Source: Octopus bimaculoides (Eukaryota). Taken from it: 64,000 nt of DNA. The translations under genes and the position numbers were made by a program. Under the pieces are notes generated by a model, which did not search any database, was not told where the DNA came from, and was given only the letters and a program-made list of their open reading frames with translations. Below are positions 39,470 to 52,319 of the stretch, one piece after another. Location of the stretch: the NCBI RefSeq assembly GCF_001194135.2, contig NC_068988.1, positions 34,715,109 to 34,779,108 on the forward strand, in the 5' to 3' direction. How positions within the stretch are numbered: position 1 is the stretch's first letter; every line of letters starts with the position of its first letter.

Positions 39470-40700
39470 TGAATAGTGGTGAATTGGCAGAAGCAGTTTG
39501 TACAACACAAAATGCCCTGTAGTATTTGTGGCTTTTAGGCTCCAAGTTCAAATCTTGCTACAGATAACTTTACCTTTTATCCCTTTGCACCCAATAAAAT
39601 AAAGTACCAGTCAAGTCCTGGGATTGATATAATCACTTAACCACTTTATTCCAAATTGTACCGTAAATTAGAAACAATTATATTATATTGGTATCATAAG
39701 AATGTATAGACTTTAAGAGAGTATGAAATAATACTTTTTTATCCATAGACAACCCTTGAACATTCTATCCAAAGGGTTTTTCAACCCAATTTTTACACTC
39801 TGTTATTTACAACTTTATCTGGTTTGAGTTTCACTGTTCTAAAATAGAATTATTTCATGTTCCCTCAAATTTTAGAAATTAGTATTACACCAACAACATA
39901 TAAATCTTGCCGGTTAGAACAAAGTTTCTGAAATGGATAGAGAAATTTAAAGAATTGCTTTGGTCCAATTGTAGAATATCTGTCATATTTATAGAAGCTA
40001 TGGATTCAAGCTTCATGAGCAGCCTTTGACTTTTTCAATCCGGAGAGCTTTTTTAACTCAGTAACATGCTATTATTCATAGCTTTATCTGCTTTGAGTTT
40101 CATTGTTCCAAAATGAATTATTATTAAGTTTTGGCAGAAGGCTGGCAATTTCAAGGGGAGGAGTTTAGTCACCCAGTAAAGTCTGGATGAAAGGTAAAGT
40201 TGACCTTCAAGAGATTTGAACTAAAGCCATCAAGTGTAAGAAAAAGTTGCTACTAAGGAGTTTGTCTGGCAGAATAGTTCTGCCAGCTTGCTGCCTTAAA
40301 TAGAATATTCTTTTTAATACAGCTACAAGGCCTGAAATTTTGGGGAAGAGAGCTAATCAATAGCATTGATCTAACTACTCATCTGCTACTTATTTTATTT
40401 GTTGATCTTGAAAACGTGAATGGCAAACTCAACTTCAGCAGGATTTGAACTCACACTTAAAATCAAAAGCATTTTGTCCCATATGTTAACAATTCCACTA
40501 GATTGCATGTGTTGATGATGATGATTCTTTCTATTATAGGCCGAAGACCTGAAGTTTGGGGAAAGGGGTTCATTACATCAACCAAAGTACTTTGATAAAA
40601 AGCAAAGTTAACCTCTGCAAAATATGAACTCAGATAACGAGTAGGAAAAAATACCACTGATCATTTTGTGTGATGAGCTAACAATTCTGCTGGTTCTATT
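39470..40700. mobile_element. cluster of ATT-tail SINEs: one + copy (39470-39680) and three - copies (about 40130-40300, 40320-40510, 40530-40700)
   Basis: Repeated aatttgaactc / ggcctgaaattttggg / gatgaaagg motifs. Confidence 0.7.
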
Positions 40701-41926
40701 ATTATATTTTCTCTTCTCTCACTCAAATTAACCCCTCCACACAAATTATATAACCTGTCTTTGTAATTTCCCCTTCTCAATAATGCCTCTGTGGCAAATA
40801 AAAGATATTATTAAAGTTTTAATTGTTGTTGCTATTGCTTGTGTATGTGTGTTTATATAATGCCAATACATCATCAGAGGCAGATGCTTTTAAACATAAT
40901 AATAATAGTAATAAGCAGCAGCGGCAGCAACTAAAGCTACTACATAAGGTAGGCAAAGACATGCACAGACTGTGACATAGGTGAACTACTAAGGACAGTG
41001 TCCATTTATGATCAAGAATAAGAAGACTAAGACAGACATTGAAGGTCAGCAATAAGTGATAAAGTTTTTATAACAGACTCATGACTTGCTTGTATATAGG
41101 TGTGTGTATGTGTGTGTGTGTGTGTGGTATATGTCTGGATATGATATATTATGTTACTATATCAGTTAATGTTTGTGTATTTATAAATAGATTGGTATTA
41201 TAGATTGATAAGAAATCTTTGAGATATATATGCATATTTGTGTGTGTGTGTGTGTCTCTCACACTCATATATATACCATTTATATATGTGTGTGTGTGTG
41301 CCTATATGTGTATATAAATGTGTGTGTGTATGTGTTTGTGTGTTGTGTGTGTGTAAGAAAGTAAGTCTGAAGGACTAAAAGGCAGGTAGCTGAATGGAGT
41401 AATGCACACATACACAGATTGCATTAATGTCAGAACGTGCATAGTAAGTTATACAAGTGAAACTTAATCTATTTCTGTGGGTGCATGTATGTATGTCTCT
41501 GTGTGTATTATATGTAAATGTGTGTACATCCACACATCGATGTATAATGTGTTCTGGTTTCTGCTGGACTTTATCTTCTTCAACATTCAAAATGGAGCTT
41601 AACTCTTAATCCTTTAAGTAGCTAATGACAAAAGGATTTTCATTGCCATAAAGAGGCTTGCTCGCATTTCACAGTCAGTGCTGTATGTAGCTGACTTCTT
41701 CTCCATTGACTGCAGCATGTGTTGTTCCGTGCAGTGTGCAGCTCACCACAAATACATCACTGCCACCAACACTACCATCAGCAGCACCACCACCACTACC
41801 ATCAGTAGCACCACCACCACCACCACCATCATTACCACTACCTCCATCATTTCTGCCTTATTAAGTCACTGGAACACCATGTTGCCCATACCAGTTGCTT
41901 CATTTAAATAATGAGAACAGTTTACT

Positions 41927-41970
<44 letters not shown>

Positions 41971-41974
41971 CAAT

Positions 41975-42190
41975 AATGATTTTGAATTTCGGCACAAGGT
42001 CAGTAGTTTCAAGGGAGGGGTTAAGTAAATTACATTGACCTTGGTGTTCAACTGGAACTTACTTTATCAACCCATAAACATAAAAGCAAAGTCGACATTG
42101 GTGAAATTTGAACTCAAAATATGAAAACAGACAAAATGCGTCTGAACATTTTGCCTGGTGCGCTATTGATTCTGACAGCTGGCCACCTTA
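41975..42190 (-). mobile_element. ATT-tail SINE flanked on both sides by long (AAT)n
   Basis: Colinear with 11601-11810; (AAT)n at 41929-41965 and 42190-42242. Confidence 0.8.
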
Positions 42191-43379
42191 ATAATAATAA
42201 TGCTGCTGATGATAATAATAATAATAATAATAATAATGATAATCAGCTTTAATCATCATATCTGCCACTAAAACACCAGCCACTACCCATCTCAAAGCAC
42301 CACAAGTGCCAAACCAACAGCAGCACCAGATACTATATTTTATAGTTACCTGTAATACTATTCTGTCTGTTCTGTTTTGAATTGCACTCAGGTTTGGGGA
42401 GTGGGCAGTGGGAACTTGTTACCACTGATTAATTGACTAGCCTTATCACTATGGCACACACCGCCAACCTTTCACCAGCCTGGTCAGCTATCACCACCAG
42501 CACTGCCACTACTACCACCAATGTACCACCATCTCTACCAGCATCACCAGCACCACCACCACGTACATTATTCTCATTATTTCTAGCCTTGCAAGGTTTT
42601 ATAGAATCACTGATTAAACCATCCTTGCACTGCTGACTGTGTGCGTGTGTATGTATGTATGTATGCACACACACACACGTACACACACATACATGCAGAG
42701 AGAAGGAGTGAACTTATTGACTGACTTGCATATACAATTAAAGCAAATCACTGAGCCAAGTATCACCACCATCAGCGCCTCTGTAAGATTTATAAGATCG
42801 AAGACAGTCAAGATGTGTGCTTTCCCTCATCTAAATGATCTACTGGCTTACAGAAATACTCTTCTCACTTTTAGCATCACTGTCATCTCCACAGCCACTA
42901 TCCCCAACACCAAGAGCATAGAATTTGGGCTATGAATGTAGTCAGACGAATCAACCACACTTGTACAATAATGTAGTAGATTATAATAAGCACCTGTAAT
43001 ATTATAATTAGTGAATAGTACAGTGTGTGGAATGACTAGCAAAGAAATATCTTATTAGAATTTGGTTTCGACTAAATTGAACTAAAGTATACTTTTTGTG
43101 TCATTCTATATCATCTTCTCATTAATTATTTCTAACATAGTACATGGCCTCATATATCAAGTGGTGGATGTAGTTTGCTGCACCAACCTCAGCTCTTGAC
43201 TGGGTTTATTTGTCTATCTATAAGAGAAAGAGAGAAAATGAAAGAAAAAAAAAAGAATGGAATTTAAAAGCAACCTCAGCCAAATTTAACTCCAACTGTA
43301 TAGAGCCATACTTTAATAGTGTAAGGTATTTTTGTTTGATGTTCAAATGATTCTGCCAATCCATTGTCATTTACCATTT

Positions 43380-44385
43380 GCTTTACAACAGTTTCTGATT
43401 TAGGCACAAGACTAGCAATTTTAGGTTTTGACCTCAACAGGATTTGAACTCAGAATATAAAGAGCCCAAACAAGTACTGCATGGCTGTTTTTCAATGCCC
43501 TAATGATTCTATCAGTTCACCACCTTGCTTATTAATTATAAAAATAATAGTACTTTCTAATTTAGACACAAAGCTAGAAATTTTGGTGTGACAAGTTTAG
43601 TTAATACTATTGACCACAGTACTCAGAGCTTTATTTTATTGCTGATAGGCTAAGTTTACCTTGTTAAGATTTAAACTCAGAACATAAAGATCTGGAACAA
43701 ATAATGCTAAATATTTCTGCCAGTGTTCTAATGATTCTCCCCACCTGCCAATTGAATAATAAATGCAAAAATCAGCATTACTCGGAACTGCTCACGTATT
43801 GCGTAAATGTCTGTCTGACTGAGGTCCTTGTTTCGACTTCACAGACAGTACAAATCCCCTTCAATCAACAACATCACGATATTGGATACTGTGCGATGTC
43901 TTAAATAATAATCTTTTCTACTATAGGCACAAGGCCTGAAATTTGGGGGAAGGGAGAGATTCAATTACATCGACCCCAGTACTCAACTGGTACTTAATTA
44001 TTGACCTCGAAAGGTTGAAATGCAAAGTTGACCTCAGCAGAATTTAAATTCAGAATGTGCTGATGGACAACATGCAGCTAATCATTTTGCCTGGCATGCT
44101 AACAATTCTACCAGTAATATTAATAAAAACTTTTTCTACTACAAGTGCAAGGCCTGAAATTTGGTGGCTGGCAAGTGCTAGTTAATTACATTGTGACCCC
44201 AGAACTCAGCTGGCACTTTATTCATCCCTACTCAACTGGTACATATTTTATTGATCCCAAAAGGATGAAAGGCAAAGCTGACCATGGCAGAATTTTAACT
44301 CAGACGATAAAGCTGGACGAACTGTTTCTAAGCATTTTGCCCAACATGCTTACGATTCTGCCGCCGGCTCACTGCCTTAATGGTG
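43380..44385 (-). mobile_element. tandem array of four ATT-tail SINEs with a LINE tip inserted
   Basis: Copies at about 43380-43530, 43550-43755, 43912-44120 and 44130-44385, all in the same orientation. Confidence 0.75.
43763..43912 (+). mobile_element. extreme 3' tip of an R4/Dong-type LINE
   Basis: MQKSALLGTAHVLRKCLSD* (43763-43822), short 3' UTR, aataataat tail; preceded by gaataataa. Confidence 0.75.
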
Positions 44386-46118
44386 ATGATGATGATAATG
44401 ATGATAAAAGTTAAATTGATAATGAGTTTTATATAGTCCTCAGTGTCTTGAGGTTTGTGGGAGGTAGGGATTGTGGGTGTAAGATGTTGTTTCTCAAGGG
44501 GATTTATGATGATGGGCGTTGTTTAGATTATGACAGTGATGATGATGGTGACTTGCTAACTTATCTCAACGCTCATCCGTAACTGAAAGCTTCAGGGAAT
44601 AGATATTATGACTGCTAAATATTAACTGTGGCCCTACTGGGGATTCTACAATGTGGCTTGAACTGTGTAGGTGCATGGCTTTCTATTATTGTGCACTTGT
44701 GTTTGTATGCATCTTTTGGTGTGCATGTGATGTCAGTGGTGTGTTGTGCATGTAGGTTTGTGTACATGTGTTGGTGCTGTGTGTATGTGTGCATATGGAT
44801 ATGTGTTGATGTTATGTGTGTGTGTGTATGTGTGCTTGTGTATGCATATCTTTCTATAATACCATTTGCTTGTGTGTGAAATACTTCTTTGTGTAAATGT
44901 ATGTGTGTGTGTGTGTGTGTTCCATTGTCTTAGTGTGTACAAGTGTTAATGTTTGTGTGTATAAGTTTTGGTATAGCGTGTTTATGTATGCAAGCGTATG
45001 TTATAGTATCAGTTGCATATAAGTGTATATGCATGTTGCTGTTTACTTTACATTTTTTAGATATGTTTATTAGCTTGTGCATGTACAGGTGTGTGTGTGT
45101 GTGTGTGTGTGTGTGCATGTTTACATTTAATAACATGGCTTCTGTAATATGTGCAGTTTGTATGTCTTTGTAAATTGTTGAGTATGTAAGTATTGTGTGG
45201 AGTTTAGTATGTGTACATATTGTAAAGTAAATATGTACTGTGCTATGTGTGTATATGTGTGTGTTTATCTGGGCTTATATGTAGGCTATAGATATTGCTA
45301 ATGTGATTAGCTACTATATTAGTGTATGCAAATGTATGCACATAGAGAAATGTATGGGTGTATTGTTCATGAGAAAAAATTACATCTTCTCCTATATAAA
45401 TTCTAACACACCAACATATAACTTTACACACATACATATAAACACCTGTGCAGGCATAGATTCACATTTACACAACTGCAGAACATTTTGCAGTACAATA
45501 CTTAGAACACACATACACTCACACACAGGCTTACAGATACATCCACACTCATTGGAAGATGTTAATGAATTATGATGATGATGATGATAATAATAATAAT
45601 AAACAAGGTGGAGTAAACCAGAAGACTGTTTACAATGTTTTAATGGTGTTCTTGGAGTAATTCTTAGCTATTCCAGATAGTTTAGTGTTGTGGGAACAGG
45701 AGGTAATGTGTAGATTCATAGATGTGTTAATGTGTGTGTGGCAGAGTAACTGTTTCCCCATTGGCATTGTTTATCTTAGTAAGGTCTCCTACGTAGTTAA
45801 TATCTATACTGAAGTCTCAATATAAAAAAATAGTTTACACACAAAACATACACTGTAAATACACACACACTCGCACACACATGTATGTGTGTGTACATAT
45901 AGATAGGTAGATAGATGTGAGCATATATATGTGTGTGAATATGTATACTCACATAAACATACAAATACACATATTAGGAACAGCTTATTCGTATTAGAAG
46001 TAACATACATATAAGCATATTTCTCTTTCTCTCTCTTTCTGTCACTCTCGCACTTTCATTTCATGCACACACACATATATACATATAAATGCACTTGCAG
46101 ACATCTATATATATTCAT

Positions 46119-46275
46119 CTCACCGAGGCGATGACTACTGACCGAGACCTTTGGAAATGTGCTGTGCGTGAGAAGACCCGGCAAGCCAAGTGAGATCGTT
46201 GCCAGTGTCCCTGGACTGGTTCTTGTGCGGGTGGCACATGAGATGCACCATTTTGAGCGTGGCCATTGTGGGTCT
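46119..46275 (+). mobile_element. 5'-truncated RTE-type LINE 3' end
   Basis: LTEAMTTDRDLWKCAVREKTRQAK* (46119-46193) is the DR..W C-terminus of RTE ORFs, followed by a CpG-containing 3' UTR. Confidence 0.7.
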
Positions 46276-46833
46276 CTGTCATTGCTCCATATCCTTGATC
46301 TAAATGTCTTCTATTACCACCCTGCCATCACAGTCACATCTTGAATGTGCATACCTATTTCAAAATACTGAGTACTCCTGTAACACATCCTGCTATCACA
46401 TTCTTCTCACTGCAATCATTTATATTTCTGTACTTTTCTGTCTATATTGCTCGTGCTTCTTATTCTATTAAACAGGCAGAACATGGCTCTGAAGTTCTTT
46501 TAGTTGTGTCAAGGACATCTCTATCTCCGTAGTATTGGTGTCATGAAAAATGAATCCAATACGCTCTGTAACATGAAAGGCTGTGAAGGCCCTTTAGTCT
46601 TGTTGAGTACATGACACCTCACTAGTGCTAGTGCAAAAGGCATCTATGCACTCTATAATGTGATTGGTGTTAGGGAGGGTGGGTGAGGCCCTCTTAAGTA
46701 TCTGGATGACCAGTACCCATGAATACAAACTCTGACTATGATAGTGGATGTAAAATAATAATGATACACAACCCCATACATTTATGTGCATATACATAAC
46801 TATGTATATGCATTTTTGTCTATGCACACGCGT

Positions 46834-46865
<32 letters not shown>

Positions 46866-47235
46866 TCACATGTGTATGTATTTTTCTGTGTGCAGGTATA
46901 TAGAATAAAAACCACAAGTTTTGAATATATATATATATCTATACATATATATATGAAGTGTTCTCTGCTATATTTCACAGCTAATATTATGTTTACAATA
47001 TATTATACAAACACCTATTATCAAATTTGATAATGTGAGGCGGGAAGCTTTATTATTACAGGAGCCACCTAGGGGTTGTACGTCTCAACACCTCCACCAT
47101 TATAACTCCAACAACGACAACAGCATCAAGAATGAATATCGTTATTATGAGTACCTGCTGATAATAATGATATTCCTGCTGCTACTAATGTCCTAATAAA
47201 TAAATCTACAATCACTACCATTCCTCTGTATTGCT

Positions 47236-47266
<31 letters not shown>

Positions 47267-47634
47267 CCACCACCATCACCACATGGTGGAGATGGGATAC
47301 ATTTAGTAGTTGTTTGCATTCAGTAGTAACATATTTTCTGATGTAACTAAAGAAAATAAGTGAGTTATTTTGAATAACAGCGCAGTGTAACTCCTAACTA
47401 GCTGGGTTGGGTCATTCATTCATTTTCGTAGTTTTTTTATATGGCTTAGTCACCAAATTATGGGCATCACTCATACCCAATTTTTTGCAGGATCTTAGAG
47501 ACTGATGAGGGAGATGGGTAGGAAACCAGTGGCCAATCTCTAAATGTTTTTAACAGAGTTGTCTGTGAAAACTACCTAAGTTCCAGGTAATGGCTTTATG
47601 TTGAGTGATTGATGTGATCTACTAACCAAAATGC

Positions 47635-47850
47635 TCTTTCTACTATAGGCAGAAGGCCTGAAACCTTGAAGGATGGTGGGGCTAGTCAATTACATCAATC
47701 CCACTTCTGAACTTGTATTTCTTCTATTGACCCTGAAAGGATGAAAGGCAAAATTCACCTTGACAGAATTTGAACTCAAAATGTATAGCTGGAAGAAATT
47801 CCACTAAGTATTTTGTTCTGCATGCTAGCAATTTTTCCTGCTCGCTGCCT
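47635..47850 (-). mobile_element. ATT-tail SINE
   Basis: Same family motifs (ggcctgaaa, gaccctgaaaggatgaaaggcaaa, gaatttgaactc, gctcgctgcctt). Confidence 0.75.
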
Positions 47851-47860
47851 TTCTACTTAC

Positions 47861-47898
47861 CTAAAATATAAGGCCAGTGCTGAGGAAGTCCAGAAAGA
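47861..47898 (-). other. candidate 38-nt exon or zero-length (recursive) splice site
   Basis: atatgtttcag|TCTTTCTGGACTTCCTCAGCACTGGCCTTATATTTTAG|gtaagt with a consensus donor. Confidence 0.25.
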
Positions 47899-48644
47899 CT
47901 GAAACATATCCTGCACTGTCACTGTACTTACCAAAGATTAAACCAACCCACACTCCATATCCTCATTCAAGTTTTAATTTATTTGGATTCTGGTGTTGTG
48001 TTTCTTGTCCTTCTAAATCACAATTAGCCAATTTATTTATTCTTTATAAACATGTAATGTTCTTCTTTATAAAGATATAATATTAATTAATTTTCTTGCT
48101 TCTTCTTTTTTTCTTTTGGTGCAGTCTTTTTCTGTAAGCTCTACTTAATTGAATACTTCAGATTTATAAGAAGTCCATTGGGAGTAATATATGAGTCTGA
48201 TAAAGCATAAATCTTTCTTTCTAGACTGCTGACCATAGCTATATCATGAGATTCTTTACTCTGTGGCAACACTTTTTTCCATCCTATCCTTGTCACAATC
48301 TTTTCATGTTTTCATCATTCCCATAACACAGGCAAATGTACCCCCTTGAAGTACATGAGAAATTGTGAGGGTATGTGAAGTTTGGAAAAACATTGGAATT
48401 TTGAAGTAACCACATCCATTTGATTGTGATGTGTGCATCTAAAAAACACGAGGAGAGCATTTTGCTTTCTTTTCCCCTTATTGTTGTGAACAAGTGTTTC
48501 AGCAATATTTATAGCCAAAATGTTCCATGCAAGATTATCAATTGAGAATGATATTCTGGTGTCCCTTGCTGAAACTATTTCTTAAATTGAGTTACTTCTT
48601 TAGAAGGAGCCAAGCTTGTTTGTCTCATTAAAAATTTAACATAA

Positions 48645-48887
48645 CCCTCTTGTTACCATACTTCTAATGAAATACCCTGATTGTTCATATAATACCCTGA
48701 TGTTGTTTCAATTAATTTTAAAAATAATGAAGAATTTAGTAAAATAATTTTGTTGATTATTAAGCTATTGTTTGGAATATAAATTAACATGAAATTTTGA
48801 TGGAAAGTTTTAATTTAGATCACTTTAAAGCAGCAAGTTTATTTCATAGCACCTGAAGCAATCCCATGTGGGATGGTATTCAAAGGA
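48645..48887. mobile_element. piggyBac-type MITE (family of 35105-35297)
   Basis: ataa|ccctcttgttacc ... ggtattcaaagga|ttag with the shared core. Confidence 0.6.
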
Positions 48888-49705
48888 TTAGCTTTAAGGA
48901 AATAAACTTTTTTTATGTGGGCACAAGACTACACATTTTTGTGTAAGGGTATGGTACTTTATTGACCCCAGAAGTGATCTAAAGTCATTAAATTAGATTA
49001 ACAGCAAATGATACATGTCAGTTGCTTGTTCTGTGGTGTTTAACCTTTTTATGCTATATCTATCTGTCTCTTTTATCTGTCACTTTTATTGTTTAAAGTG
49101 GCAAGCTGGTAGACTCATTAGAGTGCTGGACAAAATAATGCCTTGCATTGTTTCCTTTGTTTAGGTCTTCAGTTCACTTCTTACTCATGTCAATTTTGCC
49201 TTCTGTTCAGATCCAGTAAAATACAAACACTGCTGGACATGATGAAAAGATATGACTGAAGCCCCAGCTGTAACAGAAGAGTGCTGCCCCTTACATCCTC
49301 TTACCAATAGATTTACCTAAAACACTAAACTTTTTTCCCTCTAAAGTCACATCAGTATATATGGATTTAAAGCTACTTTGTAGCTGATACATTCTCTCTC
49401 TGTGTTTGTTATATCACTGAACCAGAACTGCTAGCTAGTCACAGTTATAAAAAGACTAGTTACCTGCCTTCTTTTGTATTTAGTTTGTTACTGGCTGAAG
49501 AAAAGGGAAAATATCTGTTTTATATGGAAATTCTGAGTTCCATCACATCCATCAGAACTGTGTGTGTAGACTATGTGCAATCTATACACATAGCTCTGTT
49601 ATCCTTTAATTCCCTTAAAATAATTCATTGTGAATTTTAGAATAGAATTAACCCTATCTTTTATAAAGAAACTGTATTCTATTTTGACACATGTGGACAT
49701 AACCA

Positions 49706-49783
<78 letters not shown>
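49706..49783. repeat. (TATC)n tetranucleotide microsatellite
   Basis: Direct observation. Confidence 0.95.
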
Positions 49784-49784
<1 letters not shown>

Positions 49785-50049
49785 TTGTCTATTTGACTGG
49801 CTGTCTATTTATGTCACTTTTATTATTAACCCTTTTGTTACCATTATTTCTGTTATCATGCTCTGTTTCTTTCAATTAATTTTAAATATAAAAAATAATT
49901 TCGTAAAACAACTTAGTTATCATTAAGCTAGTGTTATGAACATAAATTGTGACTAACGTTTGGTGGAAGATTTTAATACAGAACTTTTGAAAACAAGATA
50001 TTTGTACTACAGAGCCAGAAGCAGTTTCAGGTGGGTTGATATCAAAAGG

Positions 50050-50260
50050 GCTAGCAGAATCATTAGAATGTTGACAAAGTGCCCTGTAGTACTACTTATG
50101 ACTCTTTATGTTTTCAGCTAAATTCTTACTAGATTACCTGTGCCTTTAATTCTTCCTGGATTACTAAAATAATGTTCAAGCCTAGTACTTGGGTGGTTAA
50201 TAGTATGTGTTTATCTCCTTCCCCAGCAATTGTTGGCTTTGTACCCAAACCAGTAACCTT
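50050..50260 (+). mobile_element. decayed ATT-tail SINE
   Basis: gctagcagaatcattagaatgttg...ctttatgttttcagctaaattc...aattgttggctttgtacccaaa. Confidence 0.6.
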
Positions 50261-51956
50261 TATTGTTTTTGTTTCCCCATTAGCATCACTACCATTAGCA
50301 TCACTGTCACAAACTACCACGGGATCACTGTGCATGTGGATGAATGGCTTAATCTTTTAAAATTTACACGTCTACCTTTGCGAAGAAAAAAAAGAAAAGC
50401 AGTTGAAGCCCTAGTTTTGCATACACACACACAGAGAAAAAAATAGCAATTTGTTCAAGCTGAAATGTTTCCATTCTCAGATCTACTAAAAACTGACCTG
50501 GGCCTAAATAACACCAATAATAAGGAGCATTACACATCACTGAAAGTCAAGCTTAATCTCTACTATCATTCACTCTCCACCAAACACACATGTACATTAT
50601 GCACATTCACACATACACTGTCATAAGCACTTCTTCCAATGCCTGTATTTTAGTCGTAGGAAGACCAGATTTCTGCTTCAACACCTTACAAATGTATACA
50701 AACAGTATTTTACATGGAAATGCATGTTAAAATTTTAAACATACAGATGTACATATTTCTCTACGACTGTCAAACTGTCGCTTATGTCTAAACATATTTT
50801 CAACATGACTTGACTCAGAGCAATTTGTGTTTTTACTTTACTTCTGGTTTCTTTTCCTTCCTACTTTTACTACGTGTCTTCCTCTTACCATCTCAACTTT
50901 CTGAACAAGAGCTTAAGCTTGAAACATTGATGACACTTTTACATTGTTTTACATTGAACTAATTGTTAAATTTTGTCTTCTGCAGTGTTATTTGTCATAA
51001 ATTTTGAAATTATATGTGTGTGTGTTTGTATGCACATACCTCCATGCACACATATAATGTGTATGTATTTGTGTTTGTATATATGCTTATATTTACACAA
51101 ATATTAAAACTCACTTTTGTTAATTTTGGTTTCAGGTGAGTTGCAGAATTTACTGGGAATTATTTGGCTTGTGTATGTATTTATTTATATATCTATATCT
51201 ATATAATATATGTATGTGTGTGTATGGGTTTTTATATATGTATATATTTATATATGTATGTGTACACATACACAACACACACACACATGTAGAGTTCACA
51301 ACTTGAAAGAATCTGAGACCAGGTCAGTGTCAGTATGTTACTTTGAAAAATTGGTATTTCCTTTGCTTTGTTGCAATGTCTCTCATCATTTTAACACACC
51401 TGACAGGCAATTTCTCTTTACACTAATGCCCCCATCTTTTTTCTTTTACTTTTTTTTTTTGAAGAATGATTTCATTTGAGAGACAAGGCAAGAATAGGCA
51501 CTAGTATGACCTCTTCACCACAACCATCATCATCATCATTATTATTATAACCACTCTATCATACTTTTGTTGTGTGATCTTTGAAAAGGCAAGAACGAGT
51601 GTTTAGATTTATTGCAAGGAAACAAGTATGTCTGTCTGTAGGCAAAGAAATTGTCTTGGATAGAAGAATGCTGTCCTGAATGGTAACTGGGTCTGAAATA
51701 GTAGGAGCATTCATAATGCTTTTATTTTGGCAGCTATGAAGTCTTAGTACTTAGAGAGAAAGAGAGAGAGAGAGAGAGAAGGAAGGATAATGATGGAAGG
51801 ACGGAGAAATGGATTTAGTTTCAACAATGGAATGCTGCCTTTACCTCGAAGGTATAAATGTAATAAATGAAGTAGTTTTAAATGAGAATGAAGAAGTCTG
51901 AGAATTGGTGCTGCAAAAATGTAAACCATTATGTTGGCTAAGAAAGAGAAACAAAG

Positions 51957-52015
<59 letters not shown>

Positions 52016-52195
52016 GCATGCACACACAGAGGTTAATTTTTACAGATAACAATTAACACACTTAAGAATAATGTCAGCTATTTCCAGGTATCTTTTTAGA
52101 GTTTACATGAGTGCATAGTTCAATTCAGAAAATAATCAATCCACTCATATAGGTTTGGTGATGCAAACAAGAAAAATAGAACTAAACACGTGTTT

Positions 52196-52319
52196 TTTTA
52201 TCAATAATCAGCAGAAGTTACAGAGTGACTTCAGGGCCAAGAGTTTGGTGTGTTGGCACTTATTGAAGAAACTGTTGGCCCTTAAGTCACTCTGTAAATT
52301 CTGCTGATTATTAATAAAA
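52196..52319. repeat. near-perfect inverted repeat (hairpin or MITE)
   Basis: 52198-52240 pairs with 52275-52317 (43 bp, 3 mismatches); TA at 52199-52200 and 52315-52316. Confidence 0.9.

Noticed and set aside
50129-50335. Protein-looking ORF MHSDPVVVCDSDANG...EELKAQ with a donor at its end
   Set aside because: Most of it is the antisense of a decayed SINE (50050-50260) plus a short CAT-type repeat; there is an in-frame stop just upstream.
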